DNA of 63,985 bases, filler included, from Conidiobolus incongruus B7586 (GCA_000697335.1; 10 parts of 10 records of this genome joined end to end with filler, not necessarily neighbours in it); one strand, 5' to 3'. Shown: positions 41,101 through 56,461, numbered from the whole stretch's first letter. Notes: generated from the sequence alone by a model not told the origin. A program made the numbers and translations.

Positions 41101-44100
41101 ATGTATAATGACAATTATTTAAGTTATTATTACTAATTATCTATTTAAGCTTTAAGTTTAAAAAATATTGATAAATTATTATAATAAATAATTTAAATAT
41201 TAAAATTAATATAAAATAAATAAGAACTTATATTGCTAAATATTGACCTATAGTGAGTTAATATAAAGAAATCAATATTCAAAATTATCAAAGGATGATT
41301 AAATTAGACAATCATTTTCAAGTCATTTAAAATTGATTTATATTTATTGGGATGTTAATGATGATAGTCCTAATCCCAATAGTAGATTAAATCATGAATC
41401 AGGGTTAATTGTGATAGAGTGATAATCACCTACATATTTGGATCTCAATTGAGATGCTACTTCCTGATCTTCCCAACTAAAACCTAATCATCAATATCAT
41501 CGTCATCGTTTTATTTCATAAACAAAAGGCTATTTTTATCACCAACTAACTCTATTAAATTCCAAATAGCATCATTCCATTATCAACCTATAAACCAAAT
41601 CTATTATTTGTTAAATATTTGAAAATAGAGAAAATATAAAACTTTTTAATTATAGGTGGTAATGAATTAATAATAATAAAATTTATTAAAAATACTATCT
41701 AGTTTTCAAAAAAAATTATTCCAAATCTAATAAAACTAATATTAAACATGTAGGGAGAAGGAGGGGGTTAATATTGTCAAATATATTAATATATCAAGAA
41801 ACGACCCCAATGAGTTTACTTAAAACAGTAGTTTATTCATATTGCTTATTACCAAAAGTATCAAAGATTTAGTATAGTTTCCCTGTGCGCAATATTTAAT
41901 AATCCACATTAAAAATAAAGGATAAAAAATCTGTTTGATTATTAAAAATAAAATAATTAAATTTTTTATTAAATACTAAAACTTTTAAAATATACTATCT
42001 ATACTTTATTTATGATCGATATTTAGATTAGTTAATGATAATTTAAGTTAAATTAAAATTGGATTAATGTGATAATTGGATGAATTTTAAGAAATGAGTG
42101 GGAATTAAGATAACGATTGGGGTGCCAAATAGGATAAAATTTAGTATGATTAGGGAATTTGTTATTCAACTTAAAATTTATTATTTAGAACTTGATTTAA
42201 TCCTTTAATTGTTATAACATATTTTTCAGTTAATTGGCTAATCGTCCATATTTAGAGTTAGGAGATAACTTACTTAATTCATTAGGATCAATTTTGGAGA
42301 ATATAACCATTAATTGATATAGTTGCAAGAAGATTTACCGATATTAAATAATACTTTAACTATTATTGATTAAATTTCAAAATACATTAACATTAAAGAT
42401 ATAGAATCAAACCACTTGGCTGAAAAAACTTAAGGAAATTAATATAAAAGTTAAATTACCTCAAACAACCATGATTTAACAAGGATAAAGTATACCTTTT
42501 TATTTAATTCACCAAGTATTAACAGTTCAAATACGTGTAACTTATTTAACAATTTTCATAAGTTTATCCATTTATTGAATTACTAACCAATTTAGTTACT
42601 TTATTAAATAGCGTATTGTTTGATAAATTATCTGAGATTATTGAGCGTATGATCCAATTTTAATTTATCTTTAATAATAAATTATTATTATTAATATTAT
42701 AGAATAGTAAAAAATTGTTAATATAATTTTTACAAACTATATATATACATATAATTTTTTAAATATATTTTCACAATAACAACTATATTATATATCAAGA
42801 TAATAAATAATAATGTTTATTTTATAGGAAAAATTGTATAATAATTAATTTTCAATGACTACTCAGAAAAAGTTGATATTAACATTGACCAATTGAATCA
42901 AAATTCCGGAAAAATTCTGGGAAATAATTGGATGATTATATCAATAAATCCAATTAAAAAATTATTTTATCTTAAAATATATATATATAAATAAAAGAAT
43001 TAAATTTATCAAGCTTAATAAAGTTATAATAATCCAAATTATATCATTTGATTTAAATATGGTAAAATATTATTAAAAATTTTGTTATATAATTCTCTAT
43101 CAAGTATAATAATTTTTATTAATATTAAAAAAATTATTTAATTTATTAGGTAACTTTTCAATACTTGATATTAAAATCGATAAAATATTTTTAATAACTT
43201 GATTTACAAAATGGAGGAGGCGCAAAAGAGAGAATAATAATGGAATCTAAAAAAAAATGTTAAAGATGGTAAATAAGAATTTAATTGTTTTCCTTTGCTC
43301 ATAAAATTTAAGGAGGCGGAAAATTGAGGAGTATACACAGAATCTCCCTCAAAATAAAAAATCAAAGGTTGTCAAAATGATATCATTGGGTACTCATTCC
43401 ATAATGATGGATTAATTGGATGTTTTCATGAAGTTGGACAATTGGAGAGAAGTGAAATTAATATATTGGGATGGTGGATACAAGGTGTTCCACATTAATG
43501 AATATTGCTTCTTAATAATGTGAACGCAAAGGGTGAGAGATGCAATTAATTTCAATATTGGGTAACTATCATGTTTATAGAAATAGCAACAATTGATAGA
43601 TGATCACAAATACCTATTTTCTCTATTATTAAAAAAATCCTAATAAAAACTATATTCAAAATAGAAATAATTAATATAGAATTTAAGGATATCTGATTCG
43701 AATGATTTCATAAGCGTTCATAAATTGATAAAATTTGGCCAATTGAATAATTACCATTACATCTAATTTTAAAAATCATAATAGTAGTTTTTTCTCAAAA
43801 TCAAAAATTCGATTTTCACATTGCACCAACTTATCAAGTATAATATTTCGTAACTTAAGATTTTATTCAAGTTTTCAATAAAGACTTTAATAAATAGAAA
43901 ATGCCATGCTCTGTTAAATCATATATCAATCATCATACAATACACAAATATCCTTTTTAATTAATCATCAAATGACCTTTAATAGTTTGCTTTAAAGTTT
44001 TTTCTATTTATTATTCAAGTTTATTTATTAAACCGAATATTATTAATAAAATTCAAAGAATTAAAAATTGTTATCAATAATAATGAAAAAAGATTTTCTA

Positions 44101-47100
44101 AAATAATGCCGATATTTCAATGAATCAAGCTAATATTAAAATATGTATTAAGTTAATGAAGATTAGTATTTCAATATTTAATCATTATTTCTATTAATAT
44201 TATTCATCCGAATTATGATAAAAAAGTTTTTCTGATCAATTAGTATCAAATCGAATGGATAATTAGTTGAAAATTTCCAATTTTATCTCAAAAATCAAAT
44301 TAAATTTAAAAATAATTTAATAATTTATTTAATTATAAAATTTTGTATTTTTTTTATGCAATATATATATTATATAATAAACAATTATCTTTATTAAATA
44401 AATATGTTTCATATCAAAAAAATAATTTCTAAATGATCAATTTTAGTTATTAATCAATTATTTATTTGTTTAAATAAATAAATTTTTTAAAGGATTAAAA
44501 TATGTATAAAGTAATTATTTTATTAAATTACTTTTAAGACCAAAGAAAAATAACTATTAAAAATTAAAAGGATGATTATAGGATTTTGGATTATCTATAA
44601 TTAGGTATAATGGTCTAGATGTGAAATTTGAATAACAGTAAAAAATCAAACAATTTAATCCTTTTCAATAGAATTACTAATTTAGCCAACACTACCCAAA
44701 TAAATTAAAATTATGCGAATTAGAAATTATATCACTTGTACTTTATCTTCAATCTTATCCAATTAATTTTTTCCAAATTTTAATTTATTGGGTAATATTG
44801 TTGAGGTAGATAGTTTTTTTAAACGGTTGAATTATTCTAATTCATAATTAAAGCATTTATTTCTAACCAAAATTAATATCACCTAGTTTAGTAATTTTTT
44901 TTCCCTAATGTTAAAATTCTGCTAATATTATTATTAAATATTAAATATTAAATTATATTAATTTTGAACTAATAAATGATAAATCAATTGGGAATTAAGT
45001 AAATTATAACATGATACATATATTTCTTTATTTTATGACTTACATCTTTTATTTATAATCAAATATAATTTTTATTATTATAATATTACTTTCCATATTT
45101 GTATTGACTAATTTAATTCAATTTCTAATTTTAGAAATGAGAAATATTTGTTAAGTTTAGACTGAATTCTTATTAAACTGTCTGTCAAAAATTCTGGGAT
45201 CACCTAAATAAATTGTAATATTTTAAACTCGATGGAAAATGATAAAATATGGTCATGTAGCATTTGAAAGTGAAAAATTCTTAAATAGCTTTAATCACAT
45301 TACAGATATCGTATTACTCAATGTAATTAGCTATGGAATTACTTTCTTTAATAATACGCACCCCGACAATTGTTGAAAAAATCCAAGAATATTTATTTTT
45401 CGGATATATTAACAAACTCATTTAATTTACACTTCAACTAATACAAGAATATAATGCAACAAGAAAATTTTGTTTTATTTTCCAAATTTTTGGCTTTATA
45501 TTGGGAGATCATTAATTTATGAACATAATCCACTACAACGTTGCCAAATATTTAAAACTAATACCCTTTATTAATCCATCAATTGAACTATCTGATTGCC
45601 CAATTTATTGAATTATCAATTATATGATTAAATCATTCATTACACAAGAATATTGTTTTATTATAATATTATTAGCAATATTGATGATATTTTTAAGTAT
45701 CATTATCTACTAATATTCTTAAATATTTCATCCAAAATATATTCATTATCAATTGACTGAATTATATTTTACTATAATTTGATAAATATACGACAATTAT
45801 TCTTTTTTTTGTGAACAAAATAATTTTTTTAATTTTAACATATATATATATATATAAATTTAAATAAAATAATTAAATAAAGTATAGGCGAAATTTAAAT
45901 TGTTGAAAATAAAATAACAATTATTAAAAAAATTGATAAAATTAAATCATATGAGAATTTAAATCAATTTAATAGATAAATTGATTTGTCATTTAAGTAT
46001 CATCTTTTAAATTCTTGTGTATGGGGAAAATTAGGTAACATGGCTGAGATATCACCAGATGGTCCATCTGTGATTATTTATCTTGATTTTTTATTAATCT
46101 GACAGTTTGTAATACTTGAATGTAAAGTCAAAAATTGAGCGGATATTTAATTTAAATAAGGATACTTCTTTTCATCTGATTAATTAAAAATGTAATGATT
46201 GTCAATTTCTTAAGTTGCTTGAATTAATATTGGAAAAGTGGCTATTTTTATCAAGTGTGTTAATCAGTTAGTGTTTAGTTATATTTTGAGGAGTTGTGGA
46301 TTTTATATATATGATTTCAACTGTATCATGATTCATTCTTATTGTAAGAGATAGTTAATTATTTAAATTAATTTAATCCTTGTAATATTCTTTAAAATTC
46401 CTTTTATTTAATCCAAAAGTAGTTATCCAATCATCTATGCATATTTTACAAGGATATTATTTAATTGGCTAAATAAAGGAATTCCTATATTTTCAAATTC
46501 GAAATTTCACAGCATATATTGAAAAATTTTATCAAAATTGTTGAAAATTAAAGATTATATAAGAATTTTATAGAAATTCTATAATATATATATATATATA
46601 TATATTATCAATTATATCTATTACATATAGTTGCTTTATTATATAATAATCACCAATTAATATTTCAAATTACTTAGCTTTTTTTAATTTTACTCAATCA
46701 TTAAAATTTTATTTCAATAGTCATGAGTAAATTTAAAACAAAATAATTCTCATAAATTTTTGAAGTTTGAAATATAATATTTAAAAAAATTATAACTAAA
46801 TATAGAAAATATATATTTGTTATAAAAATAATTTTAGTAATTTAACAAATTTTAAAACAATTATTTTATTAACTTTAAATTTGATAATTTAATAAAATTT
46901 AATTTTCATAAAAATTTTAACTAATAGCAAATTACCCTTAAATTATTTACTTTTAAGTCAATATTAATAAAATATCAATATAATACATTGAGAATTAAAT
47001 ACTATCTGATATTTATTCATTATCAACTATATATTATTCTTTTGTTTCAATCAAATTTATAATTTACAAAAAATATAACTAATACATTACATCATTTAAT

Positions 47101-48174
47101 AAATTTGATTGATTATAAGTTGATTAGATAAGCTCAACATTTTATGAATGAATTTTTTGAATCAAAATTATAAAAATAGAATTTATTAATTCTCTAAAAA
47201 TATTAAGTATAAAAATTTTAATTTAAAAAAGAATTTGATTATAGTCAGTTATTTAATAGTTCCATTGTGGAATATGATTAATAACAATGGTTGACCACTT
47301 TGTGGTCAATTAGCTCCATATACATTGGCTTTGGATTAATGGCCGCAATATAGTAATAGTATTAATTATATATTCCAATTTAATGATTTAAAATTATTAT
47401 TAACAATATTGGAAGATCTGATATTATACAAAAAGGATATTTTTAACAATTACTTGGCAATGATATTAAGGAATTTAATATAATTTTTTAAATATAAAAC
47501 AAATTATTTTTGGATTTTAAAAACCAAAAAAAAATTTATTTAATATATATTATTTTATAAGTTTAAATGGGTATTATATTTTATCTTTATNNNNNNNNNN
47601 NNNNNNNNNNNNNNNNNNNNNNNNNNNNNNNNNNTTAATTAATTAANNNNNNNNNNNNNNNNNNNNNNNNNNNNNNNNNNNNNNNNNNNNAATATAATAA
47701 ATAATATTATTTTATAATTTTAATAATAGGAATTTTTTGCAATTGTAAATAAATAAATATTTTTATATATAATATATAAAAATAAATATATAATATAAAT
47801 TTTATAGTTATTTTATTAATAACTTTTTATTATATTTTTAATAAACATTTAATATTTAAAAAATTATTCTTTTTATTAAAGACTGAAATTTGATATTTTA
47901 TAAACTAATTAAATTTTTTTGCAAAAATTTTCTTTCTTATAAGTAGGTTTTTTAATTTCTTAAAAAATTTATTTAAAGGAATATATAAAGGTAATTAATT
48001 CACTTTAATTAAATATTTTGATTTGTTTTTTAACTAAGAACTATATATAAAGATTTAAGATTCATTAATTATAATTATTTGTTATAAAAGTTTAGGTTCC
48101 TAGAAATATTTCAATAAGTTTTGTTTAATAATAACTACTTTAGCTTTTAAGTTTTAGTTAAATTATAAGATATA

Positions 48175-51100
48175 CACTAACCTGCAAAAATGAGTCATAA
48201 AATAAAAATCACTTATATACTTACTTGTAACTTAAACAATTCTAAATTAAATTAATTTAAATTAAAATATATAATTAAAATATATTACCTGATTATAATA
48301 AATTATATTTAATTATATTTAATATATCATTGGTTAATATATTAAATCTTAAACTTTAAATAGGATAAGTTATAAATTTAAAGATTTAAGAGTTAAAAGG
48401 GTATATAAAACAAAAATTACTTAATTTTTTTTCTTTTATTAAATTATATATATATATATATTAATATTATTATTGTAAATTATTAATTTAAATAATATTA
48501 ATATTAAAATACCTAAATCCCTCTCTAAAAAGATTTATTTGTGTATTAATCAACTCTATAGTAAAGATAAATTAACTTGTAAAATTGCTGGAATTACTAT
48601 AGTTAGCTAGTTTATTATAGCTAGGGTTATTAAAAATTATGATAAAAATATATCTAAACTTAAATTTAAATATGTTAGGATTTTAGATAAATATAATAAA
48701 AGATATATTTATAGGTTAATTAATACAAGTAAATATAATATTACTATAGAAATATAGAAAGAATTACAAGACTATACAAGAATATTAATTAATACTAATA
48801 TTATTATATATATTTTATGTTATAATAAATACCACTTGCATTTTAAAAAAACACCCCTAATTAAAAAAATCCCACTATAAAGTTAAGTAAGAGTTTAAAT
48901 ATCACTATTAAAGTTGAACCAAAACTAATTAAAGTAAGGTTATTTAGTTTAATAAAACAATAATATACTTTAATAAATTTGATAAAAAAGCTAGATATTT
49001 CAGAAAAAACAAAAAACTACTTTGTAACTATTATGTTATTTCAACCCAAAAATATAATAATAGGTTAAATATAGTTTAGGGATATATATCAACTTGCAAA
49101 AATAAGTTATAAAATTAAAATTACTTAAATATTTACTTATATCTTAAATAATTCCTAATTAAATAAATTTAAATTAAAATATATAATTTACCTATATTAA
49201 TTAATTATAACTAACTATATTTGATTATATTATATTAGCTATTGGTTAATATATCAAAACTTAAAATTTAACTAAGGTAAGTTATAAATTTACAGGTTTA
49301 TAAGTTAAAAGGGTATAAATAACAAAACTTATATATATCTTTTTTTTCTTTTGTTATATTATATATATTATAAAACTATTAAACTAATATTTTAAAATTA
49401 ATATTATAATGCTTAAATCTCTTTCTAAAAAAGTTTACTTATATATTAATCAACATTATAATAAAAATAAATCAACTTATAAGATTGCTAGAATTACTAA
49501 TGTTAGCTAATTTATTATAATTAGGGTTATTAAAAATAATGTTAAAGAAACACCTAAACTAAAACTTAAGTGTGTTAAAATTATAGATAAATATAATAAA
49601 AAGTATATTTGTAGATTAATTAGTACAGGTAAATATAATACTATTATAGAAGTATAACAAGAATTACAAGATTATACAAGAATATTAGTTAGTATTAATA
49701 CTATTATATATGTTTTATGTTAGAATAGATATTGTTTACATCTTAAGAAAAAACACCCCTAATTAAAAAAGTTTTATCATAAAATTAAATAGGAGTTTAA
49801 ATGTTAATACTAAAGTTAAACTAAAATTAACTAGAGTAAAGTTATTTAGTTTAATGAAATAAAGATATATTTTAATAAATTTAATAGAAAAGCTAGATAT
49901 TTCAAAAAAGATAAAGAATTACTTTATAACCATTATGTTATTACAACCTAAAAATACAATAGTAGGTTAATTATAGTTTAGGGATATATATTATCTTTAA
50001 GTATAAAATATCTTTGTAGGGTTAATAGGGGAATTAATATTAAGATGTACTAAAGTATTTTAAATAATGAATTGAAAAAAACTATTAAGTGATATAGATT
50101 AAAAAAATCAAATATTATTTTCTAACAATATAATACACCTTGTTATACTATAAATTCTACTATTAAATGGCTTAAAAATAACAAAATAACTATTATAAAA
50201 TAACCTCCTCAATCTCTTAATTTTAACCTAATTAAATATCTTTAAGATTAACTAAAAAAATTAATTAAAGTTTTTCCCCTAGCAAAAAATTTAAATTAAA
50301 TTTAAAAGTATATTTAAGAAGCTTAGAATAATATTAATCTTGTTTAATATAAGAAGCTAGTTAACTCTATACCTTATAAACTTAAAGAAGTTAGAAAAGC
50401 AAAAGGTAAATATACTAGATATTAATTTTTCTATCAATACTAAAACCTACAAATTTATAACTCACTTTAAATATACTTTTAGTGTTAATATATCAATTAA
50501 TAATTAATTAAATTTAATTATATATATTATATTATAAATAAAAAATATATATTAATTACATAGTTTAATATAAGTTTATTTAAATTAGAATTGATTAAGA
50601 TATTAATAAAAATATATATATTTTTTATTTTATAACTTACTTTTGTAAGCTAATATATGTTATCTTTTAGTATAAAGTATTTTTATAAAGTTGATAGGGG
50701 AATTAATATTGAAATATACTAAAATATTTTAAATAATAAATTTAAAAAAACTATTGAATAATATAAGTTAAATAAATCAGATGTTATTTTTTAACAAGAT
50801 AATACCTTTTGCTATATTATTATTTTTACTACCAAATGGTTTAAAAATAATAAAATAATAATTATGAAGTAGCTTTTTTAATCTTTTAACTTTAATCTAA
50901 TTAAACACCTTTAGGATTAGTTAAAAAAAGTAGTTAAAGCTTTCCCACTAGCAAAAAATTTAAATGAGCTTTAAAAATATATTTAAGAAACTTAGAACAA
51001 AATTAATCTTTTTTAATATAGAAAGTTAGTTGACTCTATACCCTATAAATTTAAGGAAGTTAAGAAAGCAAAAGATAAATATATTAAGTTTTAATTTTTT

Positions 51101-51322
51101 TTATAACTAAAATATATAAATTTATAACTTATCTTAAGTAAAATTTAAACTTTAATATATCAACTAAAAGTTAATATAATTAGATTAAATATACTTAATT
51201 ATAAATAAATAATATAAGTTTATTATATGTTTAAATTTAAATTAATTTAATTAAGAGTTAACAGAGTTAATGATAAAAATATATATAATTATAATTTTAT
51301 GACTTATTTTTGCAAGCTAGTA
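48175..51322 (+). mobile_element. Tc1-like element (outer) inserted at a TA in mariner
   Basis: TA|cactaacctgcaaaaatgagtcataaaa ... ttttatgacttatttttgcaagctagta|TA; ~1.58 kb after removing the inner copy; VIF*QDN at ~50782. Confidence 0.9.
49087..50655 (+). mobile_element. Tc1-like element (inner) nested in a copy of the same family
   Basis: Has its own TIRs with TA flanks, ~1.57 kb; remnants IF*QYNTPCY and *PPQSLNFNLIKYL* (WPPQSPDxNPIEHLW). Confidence 0.9.
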
Positions 51323-51799
51323 TATATCTTATATTTCTAATTATTAATTTAAATTTAAATTTTCATATATATATATATATATCTTATATAACTAATATTA
51401 AAATATCTTAATAATTCTTTAANNNNNNNNNNNNNNNNNNNNNNNNNNNNNNNNNNNNNNNNNNNNTTAATTAATTAANNNNNNNNNNNNNNNNNNNNNN
51501 NNNNNNNNNNNNNNNNNNNNNNAATATTTAAAAAATCAAAAATTAAAAAATTTCCTATTTTTTGATTCTATAGTAATATAAGTGATGATATTTTGAGATT
51601 TTAAACTTATTTACATAGCTTATTATAGTATTTAAATAAAATTTAATATATTTAAGATAAAATATCAATTCATTTAAATTATAAAAACTTTATATATTTA
51701 TTATCAATATTATTTATTTATTATATTAATATTTTTAAAATATAATATATTATATTTGTTTTTCTATATAATAATTGAATAATATTGACATAAATGATA

Positions 51800-53108
51800 T
51801 TACCTTAAATTTAAAAAAATTGGAAATTTTTTAATTTCTAATTTTTCAAACATATTAATAGTTTGAAATAAATAAATATATACAAAGTTAATAGGAAATT
51901 ATATATTTTTAATATATATATATATAATAATTTTTTGATTAAAAAATTAATTTTTTAAAATTGGCTATTTAATTTAATTATGTTTAAACTAATAAGTGAT
52001 CATTAAAAGTTTTTTATTTTAGTATCAATAAAACTTAACCATAAGCCCTTTAAAATTATTTAAAATTTACAAGAAGCTTTTAATAATGAAGTATTATCTA
52101 AATTAACAATTTATCACTAGGTAAATTACTTTAAAGCTAGGAAAGAAATTATCTAAAACTTGCTAAAATCTAAAAGATTAACTTTAACTATTACTCTTTT
52201 AATTGTTAATAGAGTGAAAAAATATATTAAAAAACACTTTTTTATTTCAGCTAGAGAATTATCCAAGAATTTTAATATTAGTTTTATAAGTATTTTATAT
52301 ATATTAAAGTTTAAACTCAAATTAATAAATAGAAATATAAAATAGGTATCTTATAATTTAACTAAAGCTTAAAAAAAAGCTAGAGTAGCTATTATTAAAC
52401 AAAACTTACTAAAATATTACTAGAAGCTTAAACTTTTACAATGAATAATTACAATTGATGAATCTTAAATCTTTATGTATAATCCTTTACCAAAACACAA
52501 ATTAAAATGCTAGATTAAGCTAAATTAACCCCCTCTACAAATCCCTTTAAATAAACATTTTATTAATAAGCAAATGTTAATTATTGTAATGTATTATAAT
52601 AGTATATGCTACTTTTATTTAATTCCTGAAGGAAAATCAATTAATAGTAAACTTTATATTGCTTTTTTAAATAAAAGTATTTTTAATTGGTATTCTTAAT
52701 ATAATTTAAAAAAACCTATTATTTTACATGATATTTGTAAAATTCATAAATCTAAAACTATAACAAACTTTCTAATTAAAAATAACTGGAAAAAACTACC
52801 ACATCTAGTATATTCTTTAGATTATAACCTATGTGATTATAATTGCTTTAGGTAATTAAAAAACCAGCTTGCAGGAAAGAAAATTTCTACAAGAAAATTT
52901 AATTGGTTTGTAAAACATTAAATTTTAGTCTTTAATAAAAAGAACTGTTTTTTAAGTGTTAGATCTTTGCTAAAAGTATAGCAAAAAGTTATTAATAATA
53001 AAGGAAACTATTAAATTTTTATTATATATTTATTTTTATATATTTTATATTAAAATATTTATTTATTTTCAATTGCAAAAAATTCCCATTATTAAAAATA
53101 CAGAGTAA
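51800..53108 (+). mobile_element. Full-length mariner family A copy, transposase pseudogene
   Basis: TA|ttaccttaaattt... to ...aaaaatacagagtaa|TA; ITIDES*, ILHDICK, YSLDYNLCD. Confidence 0.95.
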
Positions 53109-54699
53109 TAATAAAATTAATATAAAGGATAAACCAATGAATAATAACATAATATTAAATACTTAGCTATAAATAATAGCCTACAATAATATAAGTTATG
53201 ATGATACATATGATCCTTCAAAATCCAAATTAAAAATATTAAAAAAATGAAGTTTGATTTAATTAATAAATAAATTAAAATAATTTTTTATTCATTGATA
53301 TTTTTTAATAATATTCTTAATTTTTTGCCTTAGTAATTAACTAGTTATTGGATTTAGTTTCATCTTTTTTGTGTTTTTTATCAAAGAACTAAATAAATAT
53401 ATCAATCAATATATAGCTAGTAGTATATATATATAAATATTATACCGTGTTAATCTAGGTTATTTATTTTAATATAAATGTATTCTGATTAGTTTAATTA
53501 TATTATATTAAGTTTTATTTTGTCATTTTCTAAAAAAAATAAATTGGTTAGTAATATTAAAATAAGATAAAAAATTTACTATTAAATAAGGAATTATTTA
53601 TATACTTTCAAAGTAAATGGAACCTAGAAGAAACTATAGATAATATCTAAAAGGGTGAAGTTTTAATATTCAAATTTTGTTAAAATAATTCTTGTCTATT
53701 AATTTAATTTTATCAATTTAAGAAAATAATAAAAAATTAAACATATAATTGAATAATTATATTTTAACCTTTTGAAGGAATAGACTATTAATATAATATT
53801 TTTAGAATTCAAAGTGATAATTAGTTGAATTTGATTAAAAGTTTTAATACCCAAAATTAATAACAATTTTAATAATTAAAATGATTATTTTTTATTAGTA
53901 CAAGTGATTATATTAATCTAATTTATATAATCCATTTAAGATTTCCAATATTAATTATATAATTTTATCATCTTTAATCTCAGAAATAGAATAATTGAAA
54001 TTATATTTTTATAAACAAATTAGATTTAATTTAAACAATATATATTTCATTTATTATTTTTTGTAAATTATATTTTTATAAATTTAAAATTTTGATTATT
54101 TTTTAATTCCTTTATTTCAATTTTTCAAGGGAAAAATATTTGAAATTTTATTTTAAATATATGATTCAAATAGTAAATTATTAATATTTCAAAATTATAT
54201 ATAGTTTATTATTATTATCAAATATCAATAATTATCTAATAACTCATGAAGTAATTTCTTATATTAGAACAATATTATATTATAAATAATAATGCTTCAT
54301 TTTAAATTTGATATAGTTATAAATAGCTGTAATTGATTTATTAATTCAATAAATTCATTTTATATAAAATACAACTTGTTAGAAAAATATTCAATAAAGA
54401 CAAAATTACTGAAAATAATAAATTTATAATTTTGCCCGAGTTAAACAAAGTGACAGTGTTAAAATATTATATTATAGAAATTATTCAAAATAGTCTTAAT
54501 GTAGCAATGGGTGGCATAAGGCTTTTAAAATGTAAAATTGAAAACTGTTTTAATTAACATAAATTGAAAAGTCTGGTATAAAAAATTTACCTTATTTAAG
54601 TTAATTTACATATATCGCTAATTAAAGAAATATAAATAAAATTAAGAATAATTTCAAAAATCATACAAAAACCTTATAAAAAGAAATAATATAATTTCT

Positions 54700-55524
54700 A
54701 TATTTTAATATCAACTTAAATATTATTTTATTAAAAGTTAATTCAAAATAAATTGAAAAATTGAGTATATAAGTACTTTATATTTAAATTAAAAATTAAA
54801 CAAATACGATAAGAGATATACCTAATATAAATTTTTGATAATATAATGCTTATCTTGTTATGCTTAAAAAAACTATTATAATAGATAAATTATGGATCCT
54901 GATATATGATCCATTACCAAGAAATAATAGGAACTCTTGGGTTAAAAAATCAATACTATTATTATAAATTCGAATATAAATATTATTAGAAAAAACAAAA
55001 GAGAGTATTAAATATAGATATTATAGGTATAGAACTCAATTAATTATTACCAGAAAATGTAAAAATAATAGAGAAATATATTAGACTATTAAGATTTAAT
55101 AATATACATCAATATAAGAAAAATCAATTAAAAATTATTTATTTTATAAGATAATAGATATATACATATAACAGCAATTATCCAATATTTGTTTATTGAA
55201 AAGAGCTGGCCCTTATTACCCTATCTAGCATATTCACCAGATATGAATACTTGTGATTTTGATTGTTTTGGCATGTTGAAAAATTTGATTTAAGGAAAAA
55301 GATTTAATAATATTTCAACTTTATATTTTGAAATTATAGGTGTAATTCTTAAGATAAATCAAAAAAACCTATGTAGAGCGGTTAGATAATTCGAATTAGT
55401 ATGTGATTGTATCATTGAAAAACAAAGAAGTTATCAGTTATAAAAATCATTTTATTTTTCTTTGGTTTTATTTATTTTTTTAAAATATAATTTGAAATTA
55501 ATGAACTTATATTTTGAACCACAG
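54700..55524 (+). mobile_element. Relic of a third, more distant mariner family; left boundary uncertain
   Basis: IVDKLWILIYDPLPRNNRNSWVKK (~54880), IL*DN (~55141), SWPLLPYLAYSPDMNTCDFDCFGMLK (~55204). Probable right end ...ttttgaaccacag|TA. Confidence 0.75.
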
Positions 55525-56461
55525 TATTTTTCACCTGAAATATAAATTAGAACTTTCGAAACATGGGATCTTGATTACTAGTTTTGAAAATTTGTCACCA
55601 AATTCTATATACGGTTCATGGTTAATGAGTTATTGAAATTGTATGATTTTAATAATATGAAGATATTTTTCAAATTCAACTCTTCCTTTATTATGAATAT
55701 TGTTAAATATAACTAGTCAAATTTTCCTATATTTATAAATCTATGGAATCAAGTTAATTTTATATGATAGATTCATTTTGTTAACTAGTTGAAAGTTGAT
55801 TATTAGATATTATAACAAAGAAATTAATCAGTCAATTGAGAATATTTTAAACAAATAAATAATATTATTTGATATGGATACCATTTATAATTTATATTTA
55901 AAATTTTTGATTTATCATTTTAATTTATTAAAAAGATTATTCTATTTAATCTAAAAGTAAATAAACAAAAAATAATAATAAATATATACACAATATTATA
56001 AGTATAATCAAAATAAACAAACAACCCTAATTAGATAACTCAAAACCATCAAACTTAGTAACTCAACACTATCAAAATCATGAAATCATATTGTCTACAA
56101 TTCAATAACCTACAATTCTACTAAATCTGAAAATTTGAATTGCACCACTATTTCACTTTCATTAATATCTAACCAAATCAAGATAAAATTAAAACGAATT
56201 AAGAATGAAACTTTGGAGTGAGTTTTGAAATTTGGAACAATTGATTTAATATTTAATGGAAATTTCGTAACTTTTAGCACTTTATCAAATTAGCATAACT
56301 TTCATATTTGCAATTGTATAAATATATGGTGAATGTTATTAGGATTTCAAGTTTTTTTCTCTTTGAAATACTTATCAATTGCTATATTCAAATTAATATA
56401 TTTAATTAATTAATTTTTATTATTTGATTGGAATTTTTAACCAAATTATTCAATCATCATA

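Larger units (their letters stand above)
47707..51576 (-). mobile_element. Mariner family A copy (47707-48174 plus 51325-51576), internally deleted and split by Tc1 insertions
   Basis: Mariner colinearity stops at ...aattataagaTA and resumes after 51324. Both termini are present, but the distal one lies beyond a gap. Confidence 0.82.

Noticed and set aside
48175..48210. Termini beginning CACTA suggest a CACTA/EnSpm element
   Set aside because: TA flanks, 1.57-kb size and FQQDN/WPPQSP remnants indicate Tc1 type.
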